A stretch of 64,000 nucleotides of DNA from the human T2T-CHM13v2.0 reference genome, Homo sapiens. A program made the translations under genes and the position numbers. The stretch is taken from the NCBI RefSeq assembly GCF_009914755.1, contig NC_060925.1. The stretch is one strand, 5' to 3'. This document shows, in pieces, positions 1 through 11,932 of the stretch. The notes beneath the pieces are model-generated. The model was not told the DNA's origin. It worked only from the letters and a program-made list of their open reading frames with translations, and did not search any database. The stretch's first letter is position 1. Each line of letters starts with the position of its first letter.

Positions 1-128
1 GGAATCGAATGGAATCATCGAGTGGAATCGAATGGAATTATGATCAAATGGAATCGAATGTAATCATCATCAAATGGAATCAAAAATAACCATCATCAAT
101 TGGTATTGAATGGAATTGTCATCAAATG

Positions 129-134
129 GAATTC
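129..134. other. Conserved per-unit EcoRI site (GAATTC); first example
   Basis: ggaattc(a/c)aagg occurs about 48 bp after each caaaa(a/g)taacc landmark, so digestion would release 1776-bp and 2244-bp fragments and variants of them. Confidence 0.85.
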
Positions 135-288
135 AAAGGAATCATCATCAAATGGAACCGAATGGAATCCTCATTGAATGGAAATGAAAGGGGTCATCAT
201 CTAATGGAATCGCATGGAATCATCATCAAATGGAATCGAATGGAATCATCATCAAATGGAATCTAATGGAATCATTGAACAGAATTGA

Positions 289-756
289 ATGGAATCGTCA
301 TCGAATGAATTGAATGCAATCATCGAATGGTCTCGAATGGAATCATCTTCTAATGGAAAGGAATGGAATCATCGCATAGAATCGAATGGAATTATCATCG
401 AATGGAATCGAATGGTATCAACACCAAACGGAAAAAAACGGAATTATCGAATGGAATCGAAGAGAATCTTCGAACGGACCCGAATGGAATCATCTAATGG
501 AATGGAATGGAATAATCCATGGACTCGAATGCAATCATCATCGAATGGAATCGAATGGAATCATCGAATGGACTCGAATGGAATAATCATTGAACGGAAT
601 CGAATGGAATCATCATCGGATGGAAACGAATGGAATCATCATCGAATGGAAATGAAAGGAGTCATCATCTAATGGAATTGCATGGAATCATCATAAAATG
701 GAATCGAATGGAATCAACATCAAATGGAATCAAATGGAATCATTGAACGGAATTGA
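289..756 (+). repeat. Representative 468-bp internal subunit, present about 1-5 times per unit
   Basis: Near-identical blocks start at 289/757, 2042/2510/2978 and 5672/6140/6608. They share the landmarks ggtctcga, cgcataga, acggaaaaaaacgg and ccatggactcg. Confidence 0.9.
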
Positions 757-1833
757 ATGGAATCGTCATCGAATGAATTGACTGCAATCATCGAATGGTC
801 TCGAATGGAATCATCTTCAAATGGAATGGAATGGAATCATCGCATAGAATCGAATGGAATTATCATCGAATGGAATCGAATGGAATCAACATCAAACGGA
901 AAAAAACGGAATTATCGAATGGAATCGAAGAGAATCATCGAATGGACCCGAATGGAATCATCTAATGGAATGGAATGGAATAATCCATGGACTCGAATGC
1001 AATCATCATCGAATGGAATCGAATGGAATCATCGAATGGACTCGAATGGAATAATCATTGAACGGAAACGAATGGAATCATCATCGGATGGAAATGAATG
1101 GAATCATCATCGAATGGAATCGAATAGAATTATGGAATGAAATCCAGTGTGATCATCATCGAATGGACCCGAATGGAATCATCATCCAACGGAAGCTAAT
1201 GGAATCAACATCGAATGAATCAAATGGAAACACCATCGAATTGAAACGAATGGAATTATCATGAAATTGAAATGGATGGACTCATCATCGAATGGATTCG
1301 AATGGAATCATCGAATAAAATTGATTGAAATCATCATCAAATGGAATCGAATGGTATCATTGAATGGAATCGAATGGAATCGTCATCAGATGGAAATGAA
1401 TGGAATCGTCATAGAATGGAATCGAATGGATTCATTGAATGGAATCAGATGGAATCATCGAATGGACTGGAATGGAATCATTGAATGGACTCGAAAGGGA
1501 TCATGATTGAATGGAATTGAATGGAATCATCGAATGGTCTCGATTGGAATCATTATCAAATGGAATCGAATGGAATCACCGAATAGAATCGAATGGAACA
1601 ATCATCGAATGGACTCAAATGGAATTATCCTCAAATGGAATCGAATGGAATTATCGAATGCAATCGAATAGAATCATCGAATGGACTCGAATGGAATCAT
1701 CGAATGGAATGGAATGGAACAGTCAATGAACTCGAATGGAATCATCATTGAATGGAATCGAATGGAATCATCAAGTGGAATCGAATGGAATTATGATCAA
1801 ATGGAATCGAATGTAATCATCATCAAATGGAAT

Positions 1834-4800
1834 CAAAAATAACCATCATCAATTGGTATTGAATGGAATTGTCATCAAATGGAATTCAAAGGAATCATCA
1901 TCAAATGGAACCGAATGGAATCCTCATTGAATGGAAATGAAAGGGGTCATCATCTAATGGAATCGCATGGAATCATCATCAAATGGAATCGAAGGGAATC
2001 ATCATCAAATGGAATCTAATGGAATCATTGAACAGAATTGAATGGAATCGTCATCGAATGAATTGAATGCAATCATCGAATGGTCTCGAATGGAATCATC
2101 TTCTAATGGAAAGGAATGGAATCATCGCATAGAATCGAATGGAATTATCATCGAATGGAATCGAATGGTATCAACACCAAACGGAAAAAAACGGAATTAT
2201 CGAATGGAATCGAAGAGAATCTTCGAACAGACCCGAATGGAATCATCTAATGGAATGGAATGGAATAATCCATGGACTCGAATGCAATCATCATCGAATG
2301 GAATGGAATGGAATCATCGAATGGACTCGAATGGAATAATCATTGAACGGAATCGAATGGAATCATCATCGGATGGAAACGAATGGAATCATCATCGAAT
2401 GGAAATGAAAGGAGTCATCATCTAATGGAATTGCATGGAATCATCATAAAATGGAATCGAATGGAATCAACATCAAATGGAATCAAATGGAATCATTGAA
2501 CGGAATTGAATGGAATCGTCATCGAATGAATTGAATGCAATCATCGAATGGTCTCGAATGGAATCATCTTCAAAAGAAATGGAATGGAATCATCGCATAG
2601 AATCGAATGGAATTATCATCGAATGGAATCGAATGGAATCAACATCAAACGGAAAAAAACGGAATTATCGAATGGAATCGAAGAGAATCATCGAAAGGAC
2701 CCGAATGGAATCATCTAATGGAATGGAATGGAATAATCCATGGACTCGAATGCAATCATCATCGAATGGAATCGAATGGAATCATCGAATGGACTCGAAT
2801 GGAATAATCATTGAACGGAATCGAATGGAATCATCATCGGATGGAAATGAATGGAATCATCATCGAGTGGAAATGAAAGGAGTCATCATCTAATGCAATT
2901 GCATGGAATCATCATAAAATGGAATCGAATGGAATCAACATCAAATGGAATCTAATGGAATCATTGAACAGAATTGAATGGAATCGTCATCGAATGAATT
3001 GACTGCAATCATCGAATGGTCTCGAATGGAATCATCTTCAAATGGAATGGAATGGAATCATCGCATAGAATCGAATGGAATTATCATCGAATGGAATCGA
3101 ATGGAATCAACATCAAACGGAAAAAAACGGAATTATCGAATGGAATCGAAGAGAATCATCGAATGGACCCGAATGGAATCATCTAATGGAATGGAATGGA
3201 ATAATCCATGGACTCGAATGCAATCATCATCGAATGGAATCGAATGGAATCCTCGAATGGACTCGAATGGAATAATCATTGAACGGAATCGAATGGAATC
3301 ATCATCGGATGGAAATGAATGGAATCATCATCGAATGGAATCGAATAGATTTATGGAATGAAATCCAGTGTGATCATCATCGAATGGACCCGAATGGAAT
3401 CATCATCCAACGGAAGCTAATGGAATCAACATCGAATGAATCAAATGGAAACACCATCGAATTGAAACGAATGGAATTATCATGAAATTGAAATGGATGG
3501 ACTCATCATCGAATGGATTCGAAAGGAATCATCGAATAAAATTGATTGAAATCATCATCGAATGGAATCGAATGGTATCATTGAATGGAATCGAATGGAA
3601 TCATCATCAGATGGAAATGAATGGAATCGCCATAGAATGGAATCGAATGGATTCATTGAATGGAATCAGATGGAATCATCGAATGGACTGGAATGGAATC
3701 ATTGAATGGACTCGAAAGGGATCATGATTGAATGGAATTGAATGGAATCATCGAATGGTCTCGATTGGAATCATTATCAAATGGAATCGAATGGAATCAC
3801 CGAATAGAATCGAATGGAACAATCATCGAATGGACTCAAATGGAATTATCCTCAAATGGAATCGAATGGAATTATCGAATGCAATCGAATGGAATTATCG
3901 AATGCAATCGAATAGAATCATCGAATGGACTCGAATGGAATCATCGAATGGAATGGAATGGAACAGTCAATGAACTCGAATGGAATCATCATTGAATGGA
4001 ATCGAATGGAATCATCGAGTGGAATCGAATGGAATTATGATCAAATGGAATCGAATGTAATCATCATCAAATGGAATCAAAAATAACCATCATCAATTGG
4101 TATTGAATGGAATTGTCATCAAATGGAATTCAAAGGAATCATCATCAAATGGAACCGAATGGAATCCTCATTGAATGGAAATGAAAGGGGTCATCATCTA
4201 ATGGAATCACATGGAATCATCATCAAATGGAATCGAAGGGAATCATCATCAAATGGAATCTAATGGAATCATTGAACAGAATTGAATGGAATCGTCATCG
4301 AATGAATTGAATGCAATCATCGAATGGTCTCGAATGGAATCATCTTCTAATGGAAAGGAATGGAATCATCGCATAGAATCGAATGGAATTATCATCGAAT
4401 GGAATCGAATGGTATCAACACCAAACGGAAAAAAACGGAATTATCGAATGGAATCGAAGAGAATCTTCGAACGGACCCGAATGGAATCATCTAATGGAAT
4501 GGAATGGAATAATCCATGGACTCGAATGCAATCATCATCGAATGGAATGGAATGGAATCATCGAATGGACTCGAATGGAATAATCATTGAACGGAATCGA
4601 ATGGAATCATTATCAGATGGAAACGAATGGAATCATCATCGAATGGAAATGAAAGGAGTCATCATCTAATGGAATTGCATGGAATCATCATAAAATGGAA
4701 TCGAATGGAATCATCATCGAATGGAATCGAATAGAATTATGGAATGAAATCCAGTGTGATCATCATCGAATGGACCCGAATGCAATCATCATCCAACGGA

Positions 4801-7800
4801 AGCTAATGGAATCAACATCGAATGAATCGAATGGAAACACCATCGAATTGAAACGAATGGAATTATCATGAAATTGAAATGGATGGACTCATCATCGAAT
4901 GGATTCGAATGGAATCATCGAATAAAATTGATTGAAATCATCATCAAATGGAATCGAATGGTATCATTGAATGGAATCGAATGGAATCATCATCAGATGG
5001 AAATGAATGGAATCGTCATAGAATGGAATCGAATGGATTCATTGAATGGAATCAGATGGAATCATCGAATGGACTGGAATGGAATCATTGAATGGACTCG
5101 AAAGGGATCATTATTGAATGGAATTGAATGGAATCATCGAATGGTCTCGATTGGAATCATTATCAAATGGAATCGAATGGAATCACCGAATAGAATCGAA
5201 TGGAACAATCATCGAATGGACTCAAATGGAATTATCCTCAAATGGAATCGCATGGAATTATTGAATGCAATCGAATGGAATTATCGAATGCAATCGAATA
5301 GAATCATCGAATGGACTCGAATGGAATCATCGAATGGAATGGAATGGAACAGTCAATGAACTCGAATGGAATCATCATTGAATGGAATCGAATGGAATCA
5401 TCGAGTGGAATCGAATGGAATTATGATCAAATGGAATCGAATGTAATCATCATCAAATGGAATCAAAAATAACCATCATCAATTGGTATTGAATAGAATT
5501 GTCATCAAATGGAATTCAAAGGAATCATCATCAAATGGAACCGAATGGAATCCTCATTGAATGGAAATGAAAGGTGTCATCATCTAATGGAATCGCACGG
5601 AATCATCATCAAATGGAATCGAATGGAATCATCATCAAATGGAATCTAATGGAATCATTGAACAGAATTGAATGGAATCGTCATCGAATGAATTGAATGC
5701 AATCATCGAATGGTCTCGAATGGAATCATCTTCTAATGGAAAGGAATGGAATCATCGCATAGAATCGAATGGAATTATCATCGAATGGAATCGAATGGTA
5801 TCAACACCAAACAGAAAAAAACGGAATTATCGAATGGAATCGAAGAGAATCTTCGAACGGACCCGAATGGAATCATCTAATGGAATGGAATGGAATAATC
5901 CATGGACTCGAATGCAATCATCATCGAATGGAATCGAATGGAATCATCGAATGGACTCGAATGGAATAATCACTGAACGGAATCGAATGGAATCATCATC
6001 GGATGGAAACGAATGGAATCATCATCGAATGGAAATGAAAGGAGTCATCATCTAATGGAATTGCACGGAATCATCATAAAATGGAATCGAATGGAATCAA
6101 CATCAAATGGAATCAAATGGAATCATTGAACGGAATTGAATGGAATCGTCATCGAATGAATTGACTGCAATCATCGAATGGTCTCGAATGGAATCATCTT
6201 CAAATGGAATGGAATGGAATCATCGCATAGAATCGAATGGAATTATCATCGAATGGAATCGAATGGAATCAACATCAAACGGAAAAAAACGGAATTATCG
6301 AATGGAATCGAAGAGAATCATTGAATGGACCCGAATGGAATCATCTAATGGAATGGAATGGAATAATCCATGGACTCGAATGCAATCATCATCGAATGGA
6401 ATCGAATGGAATCATCGAATGGACTCGAATGGAATAATCATTGAACGGAATCGAATGGAATCATCATCGGATGGAAATGAATGGAATCATCATCGAGTGG
6501 AAATGAAAGGAGTCATCATCTAATGCAATTGCATGGAATCATCATCAAATGGAATCGAATGGAATCAACATCAAATGAAATCTAATGGAATCATTGAACA
6601 GAATTGAATGGAATCGTCATCGAATGAATTGACTGCAATCATCGAATGGTCTCCAATGGAATCATCTTCAAATGGAATGGAATGGAATCATCGCATAGAA
6701 TCGAATGGAATTATCATCGAATGGAATCGAATGGAATCAACATCAAACGGAAAAAAACGGAATTATCGAATGGAATCGAAGAGAATCATCGAATGGACCC
6801 GAATGGAATCATCTAATGGAATGGAATGGAATAATCCATGGACTCGAATGCAATCATCATCGAATGGAATCGAATGGAATCATCGAATGGACTCGAATGG
6901 AATAATCATTGAACGGAATCGAATGGAATCATCATCGGATGGAAATGAATGGAATCATCATCGAATGGAATCGAATAGAATTATGGAATGAAATCCAGTG
7001 TGATCATCATCGAATGGACCCGAATGGAATCATCATCCAACGGAAGCTAATGGAATCAACATCGAATGAATCAAATGGAAACACCATCGAATTGAAACGA
7101 ATGGAATTATCATGAAATTGAAATGGATGGACTCATCATCGAATGGATTCGAATGGAATCATCGAATAAAATTGATTGAAATCATCATCGAATGGAATCG
7201 AATGGTATCATTGAATGGAATCGAATGGAATCATCATCAGATGGAAATGAATGGAATCGTCATAGAATGGAATCGAATGGATTCATTGAATGGAATCAGA
7301 TGGAATCATCGAATGGACTGGAATGGAATCATTGAATGGACTCGAAAGGGATCATGATTGAATGGAATTGAATGGAATCATCGAATGATCTCGATTGGAA
7401 TCATTATCAAATGGAATCAAATGGAATCACCGAATAGAATCGAATGGAACAATCATCGAATGGACTCAAATGGAATTATCCTCAAATGGAATCGAATGGA
7501 ATTATCAAATGCAATCGAATGGAATTATCGAATGCAATCGAATAGAATCATCGAATGGACTCGAATGGAATCATCGAATGGAATGGAATGGAACAGTCAA
7601 TGAACTCGAATGGAATCATCATTGAATGGAATCGAATGGAATCATCGAGTGGAATCGAATGGAATTATGATCAAATGGAATCGAATGTAATCATCATCAA
7701 ATGGAATCAAAAATAACCATCATCAATTGGTATTGAATGGAATTGTCATCAAATGGAATTCAAAGGAATCATCATCAAATGGAACCGAATGGAATCCTCA

Positions 7801-9093
7801 TTGAATGGAAAAGAAAGGGGTCATCATCTAATGGAATCACATGGAATCATCATCAAATGGAATCGAAGGGAATCATCATCAAATGGAATGTAATGGAATC
7901 ATTGAACAGAATTGAATGGAATCGTCATCGAATGAATTGAATGCAATCATCGAATGGTCTCGAATGGAATCATCTTCTAATGGAAAGGAATGGAATCATC
8001 GCATAGAATCGAATGGAATTATCATCGAATGGAATCGAATGGTATCAACACCAAACGGAAAAAAACGGAATTATCGAATGGAATCGAAGAGAATCTTCGA
8101 ACGGACCCGAATGGAATCATCTAATGGAATGGAATGGAATAATCCATGGACTCGAATGCAATCATCATCGAATGGAATCGAATGGAATCATCGAATGGAC
8201 TCGAATGGAATAATCATTGAACGGAATCGAATGGAATCATTATCAGATGGAAACGAATGGAATCATCATCGAATGGAAATGAAAGGAGTCATCATCTAAT
8301 GGAATTGCATGGAATCATCATAAAATGGAATCGAATGGAATCATCATCGAATGGAATCGAATAGAATTATGGAATATAATCCAGTGTGATCATCATCGAA
8401 TGGACCCGAATGGAATCATCATCCAACGGAAGCCAATGGAATCAACATCGAATGAATCGAATGGAAACACCATCGAATTGAAACGAATGGAATTATCATG
8501 AAATTGAAATGGATGGACTCATCATCGAATGGATTCGAATGGAATCATCGAATAAAATTGATTGAAATCATCATCAAATGGAATCGAATGGTATCATTGA
8601 ATGGAATCGAATGGAATCATCATCAGATGGAAATGAATGGAATCGTCATAGAATGGAATCGAATGGATTCATTGAATGGAATCAGATGGAATCATCGAAT
8701 GGACTGGAATGGAATCATTGAATGGACTCGAAAGGGATCATTATTGAATGGAATTGAATGGAATCATCGAATGGTCTCGATTGGAATCATTATCAAATGG
8801 AATCAAATGGAATCACCGAATAGAATCGAATGGAACAATCATCGAATGGACTCAAATGGAATTATCCTCAAATGGAATCGAATGGAATTATCGAATGCAA
8901 TCGAATGGAATTATCGAATGCAATCGAATAGAATCATCGAATGGACTCGAATGGAATCATCGAATGGAATGGAATGGAACAGTCAATGAACTCGAATGGA
9001 ATCATCATTGAATGGAATCGAATGGAATCATCGAGTGGAATCGAATGGAATTATGATCAAATGGAATCGAATGTAATCATCATCAAATGGAAT
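1834..9093 (+). repeat. Two tandem copies of a 3630-bp higher-order repeat (2244-bp unit + 1386-bp unit)
   Basis: Landmarks at 1834, 4078, 5464, 7708 and 9094 give spacings of 2244, 1386, 2244 and 1386. Private variants are shared at offset 3630: catcgagtggaaatg...taatgcaatt (2861/6491), tatcagatgg (4611/8241) and the same 390-bp deletion junction (4703/8333). Confidence 0.88.
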
Positions 9094-11110
9094 CAAAAAT
9101 AACCATCATCAATTGGTATTGAATGGAATTGTCATCAAATGGAATTCAAAGGAATCATCATCAAATGGAACCGAATGGAATCCTCATTGAATGGAAATGA
9201 AAGGGGTCATCATCTAATGGAATCGCATGGAATCATCATCAAATGGAATCCAATGGAATCATCATCAAATGGAATCTAATGGAATCATTGAACAGAATTG
9301 AATGGAATCGTCATCGAATGAATTGAATGCAATCATCGAATGGTCTCGAATGGAATCATCTTCTAATGGAAAGGAATGGAATCATCGCATAGAATCGAAT
9401 GGAATTATCATCGAATGGAATCGAATGGTATCAACACCAAACGGAAAAAAACGGAGTTATCGAATGGAATCGAAGAGAATCTTCGAACGGACCCGAATGG
9501 AATCATCTAATGGAATGGAACGGAATAATCCATGGACTCGAATGCAATCATCATCGAATGGAATCGAATGGAATCATCGAATGGACTCGAATGGAATAAT
9601 CATTGAACGGAATCGAATGGAATCATCATCGGATGGAAACGAATGGAATCATCATCGAATGGAAATGAAAGGAGTCATCATCTAATGGAATTGCATGGAA
9701 TCATCATAAAATGGAATCGAATGGAATCAACATCAAATGGAATCAAATGGAATCATTGAACGGAATTGAATGGAATCGTCATCGAATGAATTGACTGCAA
9801 TCATCGAATGGTCTCGAATGGAATCATCTTCAAATGGAATGGAATGGAATCATCGCATAGAATCGAATGGAATTATCATCGAATGGAATCGAACGGAATC
9901 AACATCAAACGGAAAAAAACGGAATTATCGAATGGAATCGAAGAGAATCATCGAATGGACCCGAATGGAATCATCTAATGGAATGGAATGGAATAATCCA
10001 TGGACTCGAATGCAATCATCATCGAATGGAATCGAATGGAATCATCGAATGAACTCGAATGGAATCATCATTGAATGGAATCGAATGGAATCATCGAGTG
10101 GAATCGAATGGAATTATGATCAAATGGAATCGAATGTAATCATCATCAAATGGAATCAAAAATAACCATCATCAATTGGTATTGAATGGAATTGTCATCA
10201 AATGGAATTCAAAGGAATCATCATCAAATGGAACCGAATGGAATCCTCATTGAATGGAAATGAAAGGGGTCATCATCTAATGGAATCGCATGGAATCATC
10301 ATCAAATGGAATCGAATGGAATCATCATCAAATGGAATCTAATGGAATCATTGAACAGAATTGAATGGAATCGTCATCGAATGAATTGAATGCAATCATC
10401 GAATGGTCTCGAATGGAATCATCTTCTAATGGAAAGGAATGGAATCATCGCATAGAATCGAATGGAATTATCATCGAATGGAATCGAATGGTATCAACAC
10501 CAAACGGAAAAAAACGGAATTATCGAATGGAATCGAAGAGAATCTTCGAACGGACCCGAATGGAATCATCTAATGGAATGGAACGGAATAATCCATGGAC
10601 TCGAATGCAATCATCATCGAATGGAATCGAATGGAATCATCGAATGGACTCGAATGGAATAATCATTGAACGGAATCGAATGGAATCATCATCGGATGGA
10701 AACGAATGGAATCATCATCGAATGGAAATGAAAGGAGTCATCATCTAATGGAATTGCATGGAATCATCATAAAATGGAATCGAATGGAATCAACATCAAA
10801 TGGAATCAAATGGAATCATTGAACGGAATTGAATGGAATCGTCATCGAATGAATTGACTGCAATCATCGAATGGTCTCGAATGGAATCATCTTCAAATGG
10901 AATGGAATGGAATCATCGCATAGAATCGAATGGAATTATCACCGAATGGAATCGAATGGAATCAACATCAAACGGAAAAAAACGGAATTATCGAATGGAA
11001 TCGAAGAGAATCATCGAATGGACCCGAATGGAATCATCTAATGGAATGGAATGGAATAATCCATGGACTCGAATGCAATCATCATCGAATGGAATCGAAT
11101 GGAATCATCG
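8985..11110 (+). repeat. 1063-bp tandem duplication
   Basis: The landmark spacing 9094->10157 is 1063 bp. The private variant ggaaCggaataatc is shared at 9521 and 10584, and there is a novel junction at ~10048-10051. Confidence 0.75.
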
Positions 11111-11932
11111 AATGGACTCGAATGGAATAATCATTGAACGGAATCGAATGGAATCATCATCGGATGGAAATGAATGGAATCATCATCGAATGGAATCGAA
11201 TAGAATTATGGAATGAAATCCAGTGTGATCATCATCGAATGGACCCGAATGGAATCATCATCCAACGGAAGCTAATGGAATCAACATCGAATGAATCGAA
11301 TGGAAACACCATCGAATTGAAACGAATGGAATTATCATGAAATTGAAATGGATGGACTCATCATCGAATGGATTCGAATGGAATCATCGAATAAAATTGA
11401 TTGAAATCATCATCCAATGGAATCGAATGGTATCATTGAATGGAATCGAATGGAATCATCATCAGATGGAAATGAATGGAATCGTCATAGAATGGAATCG
11501 AATGGATTCATTGAATGGAATCAGATGGAATCATCGAATGGACTGGAATGGAATCATTGAATGGACTCAAAAGGGATCATGATTGAATGGAATTGAATGG
11601 AATCATCGAATGGTCTCGATTGGAATCATTATCAAATGGAATCGAATGGAATCACCGAATAGAATCGAATGGAACAATCATCGAATGGACTCAAATGGAA
11701 TTATCCTCAAATGGAATGGAATGGAATTATTGAATGCAATCGAATGGAATTATCGAATGCAATCGAATAGAATCATCGAATGGATTCGAATGGAATCATC
11801 GAATGGAATGGAATGCAACAGTCAATGAACTCGAATGGAATCATCATTGAATGGAATCGAATGGAATCATCGAGTGGAATCGAATGGAATTATGATCAAA
11901 TGGAATTGAATGTAATCATCATCAAATGGAAT
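10157..11932 (+). repeat. Representative canonical 1776-bp repeat unit (two 468-bp-family subunits plus spacer)
   Basis: The landmark caaaaataacc occurs at 10157 and 11933. The subunit-marking pseudo-ORFs start at 10365 and 10833 (468 apart), and the next starts at 12141 (1308 further). Confidence 0.9.

Noticed and set aside
464-473. Heat-shock element-like aGAAtcTTCg in left-domain subunits
   Set aside because: It has only two inverted nGAAn pentamers, whereas a canonical HSF1 site needs three.
1314-1319. AATAAA polyadenylation signal once per unit (gaataaaattg)
   Set aside because: The hexamer is expected in A-rich satellite, there is no GU-rich downstream element, and no transcript evidence is available.
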